Assembly (NCBI GenBank): GCA_965207225.1
Contig: CBDBLV010000005.1
Location: forward strand, 1,536,001-1,600,000
DNA: 64,000 nucleotides
DNA from: Dehalococcoidia bacterium
GTDB taxonomy: Bacteria > Chloroflexota > Dehalococcoidia > Plut-88900
Direction of reading: 5' to 3'
The position numbers and the translations under genes are program-made. Below, piece by piece: positions 1 through 8,370 of the stretch. Under the pieces are notes generated by a model. That model ran no database searches and had not been told where the DNA came from. It saw nothing but the letters and a program-made list of their open reading frames with translations. The first letter of the stretch is position 1. The number at the start of each line of letters is the position of its first letter.

Positions 1-1373
1 CGCACCAGATAGAGACGCATCAGGTCGCGCCAGTCGTCGGCGTACTCACTGAAATCGAATGCCGCCAGGGTACGTGGCGCGGCCTGGTGGCGCCTGCTGA
101 ACTCGATCTCGCCCAACTCACGCAGGAGTAGCTCAGGGCGAATGCCCAGGTCCTGGTCTTCCTCCACGAAGATGCGCAGTTGGCTGGATAGGTCCAAGTA
201 CGTCTTGTTGTAGGGCGTGGCCGATAGGAGGATGCACTTGCTTTCGTTGGCGCGGACGTACTCTTGGATGGCTCGGTAGCGGCGGCCCTCGCGGTTGCGA
301 AGGTTGTGGCTTTCGTCGATGACGACAAGGCGGTAACGGCGGAGTGTGGGGAGCTCTCCAATCACCTTGCCCATGGATAACACTCTGCCACGAAGTCCGT
401 AGTCGTACCTATACGACTCCCACATGGGAACGAGGTTCGGGGGGCAGATGATGAGCGTTTCTAACCCGTAGTCGTCCTCGAATATGCGAGCGACGGCGGT
501 GGCCATGAGCGTCTTGCCAAGACCCACCACGTCCCCGATGAGAACGCCGTTGCGCTTGTTCAGGTGATGGGCTGCTATTTTGACCGCAGCGGCCTGGAAG
601 TCGAAGAGCCGGTCGCCGAACACCTTGGGAATCCTGAACTCGGCGAGGCCGGCGCGAGCTTCGTGGGAGAGGTGGTAGGCCATCTTCAGGTAGACGTGAT
701 AGGGAGGTACCAGCGCCTCCCGCGCCCAGCTCTCTTCGATGATCTGGAGCAGTTCGTCTGTGATGTCCACGCAGAAGCGGTCGTTCCACCTGTCCTCGAA
801 CCACTGCTTGAGCTTCACCGTGGCGTCTTGGTCGAGCACGTCCACGTTCAACTCGCCCTGTGCCGACAGACCGGCAAAGGTCAGGTTGCTGCTTCCCAGA
901 TAGCCCACGATGGGGTTTATGGGATCGTTGCGAAACAGCAGATAGAGCTTTGCGTGCAGCGGGTGACGTAGGTAGAGCTTGACAACGACCTTCTTGGCGC
1001 GAAGCTGTTCGGCCAACTGCCGCAAGGTCCTCTCGTCGGCATTGGTCGGAGCGCCGATGGTGAGCTGCTGGCGGAGCTGTTCGGCCAATTGGACTCTGAG
1101 GCGGTGCGCCGTTTGGTTGTCCATGCTGGAGGGCCCGTCGACGAGACTTAGGGCGTCCCTGAGGTCGTCGTGCGGCAGTCGCTGCATACCGATGAGTACG
1201 CGGCACGGCCCGTCACCGTCGCTCCAATCGTCCACGTGCGGCGCAAGCCCGCCCCAACCGCGCAGGTTGAAATAGCCTACGCAGAAGTCCGCTCGCGACG
1301 AGAGTCCCAAGGTCTCCTGCAATGCGGGCAGGAGACTGGAGTTAGGAGTCAGATTGTCAAAGATACGCGGCAT
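1..1373 (-). CDS. PLD-domain + SNF2-type helicase, restriction/defence associated (runs off window edge)
   Basis: Own translation from ATG 1373: MPRIFDNL..ADFCVGYFNLRGW..LHAKLYL..GSSNLT (PLD-like)..GVLIGDVVGLGKT (Walker A); absent from ORF track because incomplete. Confidence 0.85.
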   Translation of the reverse strand, partial: MPRIFDNLTPNSSLLPALQETLGLSSRADFCVGYFNLRGWGGLAPHVDDWSDGDGPCRVLIGMQRLPHDDLRDALSLVDGPSSMDNQTAHRLRVQLAEQLRQQLTIGAPTNADERTLRQLAEQLRAKKVVVKLYLRHPLHAKLYLLFRNDPINPIVGYLGSSNLTFAGLSAQGELNVDVLDQDATVKLKQWFEDRWNDRFCVDITDELLQIIEESWAREALVPPYHVYLKMAYHLSHEARAGLAEFRIPKVFGDRLFDFQAAAVKIAAHHLNKRNGVLIGDVVGLGKTLMATAVARIFEDDYGLETLIICPPNLVPMWESYRYDYGLRGRVLSMGKVIGELPTLRRYRLVVIDESHNLRNREGRRYRAIQEYVRANESKCILLSATPYNKTYLDLSSQLRIFVEEDQDLGIRPELLLRELGEIEFSRRHQAAPRTLAAFDFSEYADDWRDLMRLYLV

Positions 1374-1379
1374 AAACGT

Positions 1380-1616
1380 TTACCCGTCATCCTGACTTCG
1401 GCCAGCGTCGTCCTGCGACCGTGATGAGTCTTCTGCCTTGTTGCCACCCCCTGCCTTCACCCATTCGTCTACTTCCGAAAGCCGAAAGCGCAGGAGCCGC
1501 CCCACCTTGTGCGCTGGGAAGTCCTTTGAGTCAACCCAACGATATATGGAGTCTTTTCCTACGCTCAGGTGGGCAGCTACGTCTGTGATACCGACCCAAC
1601 CTTCTTCAGACGCCAT
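1380..1616 (-). CDS. Excisionase-like HTH_17 DNA-binding protein
   Basis: WVGITDVAAHLSVGKDSIYRWV..FPAHKVGRLLRFRLSEVDEW. Confidence 0.85.
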   Translation of the reverse strand: MASEEGWVGITDVAAHLSVGKDSIYRWVDSKDFPAHKVGRLLRFRLSEVDEWVKAGGGNKAEDSSRSQDDAGRSQDDG

Positions 1617-1628
1617 ATCGAGTAACTC

Positions 1629-1688
1629 CTTACAATGAAAGCCTACAACTTACGATGAAAGTATAGGTTTACGGGTATCTGTCGTCAA
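1629..1688 (-). promoter_or_regulatory. Sigma70-type promoter with direct-repeat operator
   Basis: Minus strand TTGACG (1688-1683)-17 bp-TATACT (1665-1660); direct repeats CTTACAATGAAAG 1629-1641 and CTTACGATGAAAG 1649-1661. Confidence 0.7.
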
Positions 1689-1860
1689 TCATCTTCTGTT
1701 CCAAGACTGGGAAGGAGCTAGGCCCCGGATTCTGGGCAAGGAGAGTGAGGCTCGTGGCGACATTTGACGCTTTTCGTGATGGCCTCCATGTTGACCTCGT
1801 CCCACGGAGTCTCTCGCAAACCTCGCAGTCAACTTGCTCGATCTGCGTGCCCTCTTTCTC

Positions 1861-2607
1861 TTACCGGGCAAGTTGCCGCTTCGACCGCTGAGCCCGCCTA
1901 GGAAGATCAGGCTCGGCAGGAGCGACAGCCGCGTTGGCGCCATGACCCGGATACGTCACATCCTGCTCTAGGGCCATGCTCGGCCACCCTCCGGCTCCCA
2001 GCGGCTCGGCCGGTGTCGGACCCGTGAGTGGCCTTGGGTGCACCGCACCTGCCACAGCGCTGCTCGACGAAGGAGCTCGAGTCTCATCACATGCGGGCTC
2101 CCCGTCCTCCGCACCGTCACCGCTCGCTTCCAACGCCAGAAGCCGCTGGTCGAGCAGGCGACGCTGCACGCCGTAGTACTTCCGCACCCCGTCCAGCGAC
2201 ATCCTCAACCTCTTGAGATCGGAAGGGAGAGACTCCTTCAGATCCCTGACCTGTCCTTCCAGTTTATCGAGCCGACCCTCCATCCTGTTCAATCCCTTGA
2301 GGCCGCCTCGGAGTTCCTCTTTCAACTCCTTCAGCTGCGCCTCCAGCTTCTCGTTGCGCCTGCGCTGACGCTCCGCCGCCGACCCCACACCCTCCTGCAA
2401 CGCACGCTCCAAGGCCTCCCTCACCCGGCGCGTCAGCTGTCCCGTCCTGACGCTGCTGGTCACCGTCTTCGGGTCGATCTCCAGCACCTGGGCCGCGCCC
2501 TTGTAGCCCTTCCCCCGCACCAACTCTTGCAGCAGAGCCATGAGCCGCATGTGGTAGAAGTTATCCACGTCCCTACTGCTGTCAATGCTGTGACTGGTCG
2601 TTCTCAT
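1861..2607 (-). CDS. Hypothetical HTH/coiled-coil protein, paralog 1
   Basis: MRLMALLQELVRGKGYKGAAQVLEIDPKTV then heptad repeats; similar to 2609, 3597 and 26015 ORFs; C-terminus divergent. Confidence 0.7.
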   Translation of the reverse strand: MRTTSHSIDSSRDVDNFYHMRLMALLQELVRGKGYKGAAQVLEIDPKTVTSSVRTGQLTRRVREALERALQEGVGSAAERQRRRNEKLEAQLKELKEELRGGLKGLNRMEGRLDKLEGQVRDLKESLPSDLKRLRMSLDGVRKYYGVQRRLLDQRLLALEASGDGAEDGEPACDETRAPSSSSAVAGAVHPRPLTGPTPAEPLGAGGWPSMALEQDVTYPGHGANAAVAPAEPDLPRRAQRSKRQLAR

Positions 2608-2608
2608 G

Positions 2609-3472
2609 TCAACTCCTTTCCCCTTGATTTCGTTGAGGGATCGATCCGGCGTCGGAAGGCAGGTCCCGCCAACATCGTCCGAACGTGACGAACCTCAGGA
2701 CCTGCCTCACGCGCCAGCGCCAGAACCACGCCCTTCGCGTTTCGTAGAACGCGGTCCAGCGCCAGCTGGTCTGCCCGCTTCGGTCGAGGCCGTGCAGTGG
2801 TTGCCTCTCCGGGGGAAGCGTCATCCCGTGCTGTTCGAGCAGCTCCAACTCCACCTCCAACAGACGCTTGCGTCGAGTCAGCCACTGGAAACCCTTGCCG
2901 TTGTGGGAGTAAGCGTCGCTCAACTCCCGCCACTCGGCGATCAGCGGCCAGGCTTCGCCGAACACGTCTGCGTCGTCCTCGGCGGGCTCCTCAGTCACCA
3001 ACTGGGGGTACTCCCTCCACACCCTGGGCTTCGACGAAGGCTTTCCACCCTGCGCCGTCACACCGGCTTCCGAGCCGTCCACCCCCGCCTGCCTAGGACC
3101 GACGCCCATGCCGTCGTCTCGACGCAGACCCTCGACTGCACCCTCGATGCCAGCCAGACGCCTACGCACTTCCTTGGCCAACCCATCGACCGCGCCTTCC
3201 ATCTCTGTCAACCGCTCCTCCAGCTTGTCGTTACGGTCCCGCTGCTCTTCAGCGGCAGAGCCCAAGCCCGACTGGAGAGCCCTGTCCAGCGCTCTCCTCA
3301 TGCGCCTCGACAGCACGCCCTCGTCCAGCCCGGCGTCCAGCGTTCTGCGGTCCACCCCCAGCATGGCCGCCGCCTTCTTTCGTCCGTGATCCCGCGCAAA
3401 CTCCCGCAGCAGCGCCAAGAGACGCATGTCCATGACCTCACCGTCTTCGATGACTGGTCCTTCCTGTTTCAT
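2609..3472 (-). CDS. Hypothetical HTH/coiled-coil protein, paralog 2
   Basis: AAAMLGVDRRTL HTH-like; C-terminal domain LVTEEPAEDD..FGEAWPL..EQHGMTLPPE shared with 26015; start at ATG 3472 after GAGGAG. Confidence 0.75.
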   Translation of the reverse strand: MKQEGPVIEDGEVMDMRLLALLREFARDHGRKKAAAMLGVDRRTLDAGLDEGVLSRRMRRALDRALQSGLGSAAEEQRDRNDKLEERLTEMEGAVDGLAKEVRRRLAGIEGAVEGLRRDDGMGVGPRQAGVDGSEAGVTAQGGKPSSKPRVWREYPQLVTEEPAEDDADVFGEAWPLIAEWRELSDAYSHNGKGFQWLTRRKRLLEVELELLEQHGMTLPPERQPLHGLDRSGQTSWRWTAFYETRRAWFWRWRVRQVLRFVTFGRCWRDLPSDAGSIPQRNQGERS

Positions 3473-3596
3473 CCGGTTGCTCCTCTCTTTGTGTCCCGTC
3501 CACAAGCCCGATGCTCTGAACTCAGGTATGACGCTCCCATGCCGGACGCCCCTGTCACGTCCAGTAGGGGGCTTTCAGCCCCGGCAGCCCGTACGG

Positions 3597-4031
3597 CTAC
3601 TCCACTTGGCGCCGTCCTCCGCTCCCCGCTTTACCATCGCCGGGAGCCTCAGCTTCGGGGTGTGCCATCGACTGCGCCTCTTCCAACGCCTCCACCCGCA
3701 GGGTCAGCCCTTCGAGCAGGTCCTCCACTTCACCCATCGACTCCAGCAGGAACCTGATCTGCGACTCCATCCGGTCCAGCGGCATGGCTTCCCGGGCCTC
3801 GGGGTCGTCTTCCCTGGCCATGAGGGTCTGGACTGCGTAGGTCATCCTGGGCGTCAGCCGTTCCCGTCGCAGAGCCAGGGCCACAGTCTTGCGGTCTACT
3901 CCCAGCAGACTCGCCGCTCGACGCTGCCCCCTCCGCTTGACCAGCCACTCCACAGCCCACTTCAAGTCAGGCTCATCTGCACGCGCCCCGGTCTTCCGAC
4001 CGCCGTTCCTCTCCGCCGTCTTGCTACTCAT
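3597..4031 (-). CDS. Hypothetical HTH/coiled-coil protein, paralog 3 (short)
   Basis: AASLLGVDRKTV motif; AGGAGG RBS. Confidence 0.7.
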   Translation of the reverse strand: MSSKTAERNGGRKTGARADEPDLKWAVEWLVKRRGQRRAASLLGVDRKTVALALRRERLTPRMTYAVQTLMAREDDPEAREAMPLDRMESQIRFLLESMGEVEDLLEGLTLRVEALEEAQSMAHPEAEAPGDGKAGSGGRRQVE

Positions 4032-4510
4032 CTCTACCCTCCTGTAGGGGGTCCTTTAGGGGTGGCCCAGGTCTGCAATGCGGGCCTCTCTTTCACCGGA
4101 ATCCGCCCTTGCAAAAATGTGTTCATTCCAGGGGTCCTAAACCCCCCGAAATTCACCTGTTTTCCAAGCTGCATTGGCCCAGAATGTCCATATCTCCCCC
4201 AAGTCGCTATTCCCTGTACAGCCCCCGCACCGGTATTTCCGTCCAAAAGGGTGGGCCAAACTGGGCCACCACTTGCGCCAACCGCATCCCCTGAGAGTGT
4301 TCGTTTTGGGTCATTTGACCTCACCCTGGACAGCCTGGCCGCTGCGAAATCGACGCCAGTGTCCGGTGGTCGGTCTAGAGCGGTGGAGGTCCGGCTGGGA
4401 CGGACAGTCCGGGCATCAGGTTGCCCGCCGACCGTTCACACGTGAATCGGGGCCGCCGAGGACCTGGCTGGGGACACCGCCAATGAGAGCACAGAAGTAG
4501 GGGCCTGGAT

Positions 4511-4554
4511 ACTACCCGGAAGGTGCATTACGCATGATGCACCTTCCGGGTAGT
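4511..4554. repeat. Perfect 18-bp inverted repeat (terminator or protein-binding hairpin)
   Basis: ACTACCCGGAAGGTGCAT-8 nt-ATGCACCTTCCGGGTAGT followed by TTCTT. Confidence 0.8.
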
Positions 4555-4641
4555 TTCTTGCCGCATTTCAATCGCTCACACTTGCACTAGGTCACCCGGG
4601 ACCCGGCTGACGATCTCGCCGCAATCACGAATCCCGGCGTA

Positions 4642-4711
4642 CCAATGACATCACAGAACGGACGCGAAGGAATGGGCCTGTAGGGGCGCGCACATGTGTG
4701 ACCCCCTACAG
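4642..4711. other. Conserved cis-element copy 1 (14-mer plus 34-nt hairpin), candidate oriT-like site
   Basis: CCAATGACATCACA, then CTGTAGGGG..CCCCTACAG hairpin 4678-4711; same layout at 27157-27228. Confidence 0.45.
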
Positions 4712-4873
4712 CAGGTCTTGCACGGCGCTCACTCCGTTCACGCTGTTCGGGAATCGCAACCCAGCCGACTCGCAGTCAATGGAGCGAACCCGGGACAGCA
4801 CCGATGCACACGAGATCGACGGACCGCAACGACCATGATCGTCTTCGGGAGAAGACAGCGGCAATTGGACGAA

Positions 4874-5101
4874 ATGGAAGACACGAAGACACAGAACGGA
4901 CGAAGGAGGCCCGAAGGGGACGCCTCCGAGTTCGGCGTCGTCCGGGTCTTCTCCAAGCCCGCCCCCGACGCCGAGGACCGGCTGCGCCGTCTCTTCACCC
5001 TGCTGCTCAAGCCCCCGACCAGCGACGGGCAAGCTGCGTCCGAGAAGGAATCATCCCTGGACGACCGGCAACCCGACGGCCACCCGGAGGCGGAATCCTG
5101 A
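4874..5101 (+). CDS. Small hypothetical protein
   Basis: FSKPAPDAEDRLRRLFTLLL; TGATG overlap with next gene. Confidence 0.5.
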   Translation: MEDTKTQNGRRRPEGDASEFGVVRVFSKPAPDAEDRLRRLFTLLLKPPTSDGQAASEKESSLDDRQPDGHPEAES

Positions 5102-6291
5102 TGCCTTCCGAGTCGTCCCCCAACAGCAACCAGCTATCGCCGCGGCGAGCAGCTCTCAGTAAGGACGTCCCGTACCAGGCCGTCTACGGAGACGTGTCGA
5201 AGATCATCGACGCGGCCAGGGAGTCGGCCGCCCGCTCGGTGAACGCCGCCATGACCGCAGCGTACTGGCTCATTGGGCGGCGCATCATCGAGTTCGAGCA
5301 GTCGGGAGAGGAGCGGGCCGAGTACGGAGCGGCGCTCATCGAGAAGCTGGCTGAGGACCTGACCGTGCAGTTCGGACGGGGCTTCTCACTTCGGAACATC
5401 TACAACATGCGCCTGTTCTACCTAGCCCATCCGACCGACCGAATTCTCCAGACACCGTCTGCAAAATTCGAGACCCCCTCCGTCGAGGTGGGCTTCGACG
5501 ACCTTCTGACCGCCTTTCCGCTGCCCTGGTCGGCCTACGTGCGTCTCCTGTCGGTCAAGGATGAGGGCGCCCGCGAGTTCTACGAGGCTGAGGCACTGCG
5601 AGGAGGTTGGTCGGTCCGTCAGCTCGACCGGCAGATCGGCTCCCAGTTCTACGAGCGCACAGCCCTCTCGCGGAACAAGGCCGCCATGCTGAACAGCGGA
5701 AAGGAGCAACGCCCCCAAGACCTCGCAGTGCCCCAAGAGCAGATCAAGGACCCCTTCGTCCTGGAGTTTCTCGACCTCAAGGACGAGTACTCTGAGAGCG
5801 ACCTCGAAGAGTCGCTGGTCAGTCACCTGGAGACCTTTCTGCTAGAGCTTGGCGACGACTTTTGCTTCATGGGCAGGCAGAGGCGGCTGCGCATCGGCAA
5901 CAGGTGGTACAGAGTGGATTTGTTGTTCTATCACCGGGGTCTGCGGTGTCTCGTGGTCATCGATCTGAAGATCGGGGCGTTCAGCCACGCCGACGCCGGG
6001 CAGATGCACCTTTACTTGAACTACGCGCGGGAGCACTGGGTCCGCGAGGGCGAGAACCCGCCCGTCGGACTCATCCTCTGCTCCGAGAAGGACGAGACGT
6101 TGGCGCGGTACGCCCTCGATGGTCTGCCGAACAACGTGATGGCCGGGGAGTACCGCATCACCCTACCGGACGAGGAGCTCTTGGCGGGCGAGCTCGACCG
6201 GACGCGGCAGGCGATGGAGCTGCGAGGACCTATGGCATCGGAGGCTATAATCACCGCCGAGACAACGGGCAAGGAGCGGCCCTGTGAGTAG
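5101..6291 (+). CDS. YhcG/DUF1016 family PD-(D/E)xK protein
   Basis: SVNAAMTAAYWLIGRRIIE, WSVRQLDRQI, IKDPFVLEFL, VDLLFYHRGLRCLVVIDLK, AGQMHLYLNY. Confidence 0.92.
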   Translation: MPSESSPNSNQLSPRRAALSKDVPYQAVYGDVSKIIDAARESAARSVNAAMTAAYWLIGRRIIEFEQSGEERAEYGAALIEKLAEDLTVQFGRGFSLRNIYNMRLFYLAHPTDRILQTPSAKFETPSVEVGFDDLLTAFPLPWSAYVRLLSVKDEGAREFYEAEALRGGWSVRQLDRQIGSQFYERTALSRNKAAMLNSGKEQRPQDLAVPQEQIKDPFVLEFLDLKDEYSESDLEESLVSHLETFLLELGDDFCFMGRQRRLRIGNRWYRVDLLFYHRGLRCLVVIDLKIGAFSHADAGQMHLYLNYAREHWVREGENPPVGLILCSEKDETLARYALDGLPNNVMAGEYRITLPDEELLAGELDRTRQAMELRGPMASEAIITAETTGKERPCE

Positions 6292-6466
6292 ACGCGAAGG
6301 AGAGACCATCCGACGCATTCGGGATGCTGTAAGTCACGGACTGCTCGAGGAGCCGTTCAGCCCACGAGACGTAAACGACGCGCTGGATATCCACTGGGCA
6401 GGAACGTTCCTCCCCAAGCATCGGGTCGGCAATCCTGGTGGATACACGGAGCTTTTGTGCAGGTAA
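6284..6466 (+). CDS. Small hypothetical protein (possibly frameshifted near 6455)
   Basis: GTG start overlapping previous stop; one extra T in the T-run would extend it to TAG at 6504. Confidence 0.4.
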   Translation: MSRREGETIRRIRDAVSHGLLEEPFSPRDVNDALDIHWAGTFLPKHRVGNPGGYTELLCR

Positions 6467-6717
6467 GCCGTTACCCCGCCCTGTATCGCCTGACGGCAGA
6501 ATAGGACACCGTAGAGGCCCACTGCGCTTTGACTCCCTCCAGCCCAGCGCGGTAAAATGGATGGCAGAAAGAAGTTGGTCCGGCGGTGCTGCTAACACCC
6601 CGGACCGTGGCGCCACCTGATAGGACAGGTGATGCGAATAGATTGTACTACTCGCAGACCCGCTCCCGACAGGAGGCGGGTCTTCTTCATTTCAGGGAAA
6701 CACGACAGGAGGCAGAC

Positions 6718-8370
6718 ATGGCGACGAGGACCGGTAGGAAGACGGAAGGCAAGCGGGCGGCCATCTACGCCCGCGTGTCGGACAAGAGCCAGGACACGGA
6801 GGACAAGACCTCCATCTCCGAGCAGGTGTCCGACATGGAGGCCCACTGCGAGCGCAGGGGGCTGACCATCACGGCCCGCTACCAGGAGGTGGGCAGGGGA
6901 TGGTCGAAGAACCGCCCCGAGTTTCAGAGGATGCTGGCCGACGCCAGACGGGGCCGCTTCGATACCATCGTCTGCTGGAAGTCCGACCGGCTCAGCCGGG
7001 GCATGTACCCCGCTGCCGTCCTCATGGAGGTCGTCGAAGCGTACCAAATAGAGCTTGAGGCCGTCATGGACGCCATCGACATGAAGACCTTCGGCCTGAT
7101 GGCGGCCATCGGCAAAATCGAGTTGGACAACTTCCGTGAGAGGGCCTCGATGGGCAAGCGGGGCTCGGCCAAGCAGGGCCGCATCCCCACCAACAACGTC
7201 CCCTTCGGGTACAGGCTTGGCGAGGGCCGCAGGCCGGAGATCGTGGAGTCTGAGGCCGAGGTAATCCGCCGCGTCTTTCACATGTACGTCCGGGAGGACA
7301 TGGGGGCTCCAGCCATCGCCAAGCAACTGACCGCTGAGGGCGTCCCCACGCCCAGGGCCGTTGGGCGATGGTACGACCGCACCGTCACGCGCATCCTGGG
7401 ACTTGAGGCTTACAAGGGCACCTGGATTTTCGGCAAGCGCCGCCACGTCGCTACCGAGCAAGGTATGAGGAGGTACAACCGTCCCGAGGAAGAGTGGGTC
7501 GAGGTGCCCTTCCCGCCGGTGGTGGACGAGGAGATATGGGACCTGGCTCAGCAGGCCAAGAAGCAACGGCTGACCCATTCGGGCCGCAACACCAAGCTCT
7601 TCTATCTCTTGCAGCACTTGGTCAGGTGCGCCGAGTGCGGGTACCTGATGGGGTGCCGGGCCAACAGACGCCAGAGCACGAGGCGCAATGGCAAGACGTA
7701 CAGCTACAAACTGAAAGCTCCCCGCCGCTACTACAACTGCTACGGAGCGCTGAACGACGGCGTGAAGTGCCGGGAGCACCCCTATATCAGGGCGGAGCGG
7801 CTTGAGGGACTCGTGTGGGGCGAGGTCAAGAAGGTCCTGGAGAACCCCGGCGTCATCGTCGCCGGCATCGAGGCCATGGACTCCCGGGCGGACAACGGCG
7901 AATTGACCGAGGAGATCGCCATTGCGGAGCGGGAGCTGCACAAGGTTCAGATGGAGGAGGACCGGGCCATCCGACTCTATGTGTCGGGGAAGATCACCGA
8001 GAAGCAACTAGACCGCCAGCGCAAGTTCATCACCGAGCGTCTGGAGACGCTCCGGCTGAAGCTGCACGACTACCGGGCCAGGGAGATGGCCGAGGCGGAG
8101 AAGCGTGCCCTGGGTGAGCACATCGTCGAGTGGGCGCACCGGCTTGGCGGCAGGCTGGACCACCTGACCGACGAGGAGCGCAGGGAGGTGCTGCGGCTCC
8201 TCCTGGACGGGGCCACCATCGACCGGAGCAACAACGTCGATCTGACCCTTGCCATCCCCACCGAGGATGTCATGTCGATTGCAGGACAAAGTTCTCGGTC
8301 TCGTACCAGCAGAGCGTCGGGAAGTCGATCAGGTCGAGGCCGGTCTGCACCAGCCGGGGATGGCAGATGA
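6718..8370 (+). CDS. Large serine recombinase (resolvase + recombinase + Zn ribbon)
   Basis: AAIYARVSD catalytic Ser, RPEFQRML, DRLSR, PFGY, CAECG Zn ribbon, coiled coil; GGAGG RBS before ATG 6718. Confidence 0.95.
   Translation: MATRTGRKTEGKRAAIYARVSDKSQDTEDKTSISEQVSDMEAHCERRGLTITARYQEVGRGWSKNRPEFQRMLADARRGRFDTIVCWKSDRLSRGMYPAAVLMEVVEAYQIELEAVMDAIDMKTFGLMAAIGKIELDNFRERASMGKRGSAKQGRIPTNNVPFGYRLGEGRRPEIVESEAEVIRRVFHMYVREDMGAPAIAKQLTAEGVPTPRAVGRWYDRTVTRILGLEAYKGTWIFGKRRHVATEQGMRRYNRPEEEWVEVPFPPVVDEEIWDLAQQAKKQRLTHSGRNTKLFYLLQHLVRCAECGYLMGCRANRRQSTRRNGKTYSYKLKAPRRYYNCYGALNDGVKCREHPYIRAERLEGLVWGEVKKVLENPGVIVAGIEAMDSRADNGELTEEIAIAERELHKVQMEEDRAIRLYVSGKITEKQLDRQRKFITERLETLRLKLHDYRAREMAEAEKRALGEHIVEWAHRLGGRLDHLTDEERREVLRLLLDGATIDRSNNVDLTLAIPTEDVMSIAGQSSRSRTSRASGSRSGRGRSAPAGDGR

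Larger units (their letters stand above)
1..8293. mobile_element. Nested serine-integrase element inserted in the ICE helicase gene (left end outside window)
   Basis: Large serine recombinase 3' end coincides with truncation of the oppositely oriented helicase at DFPTLCWYETE. Confidence 0.7.
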
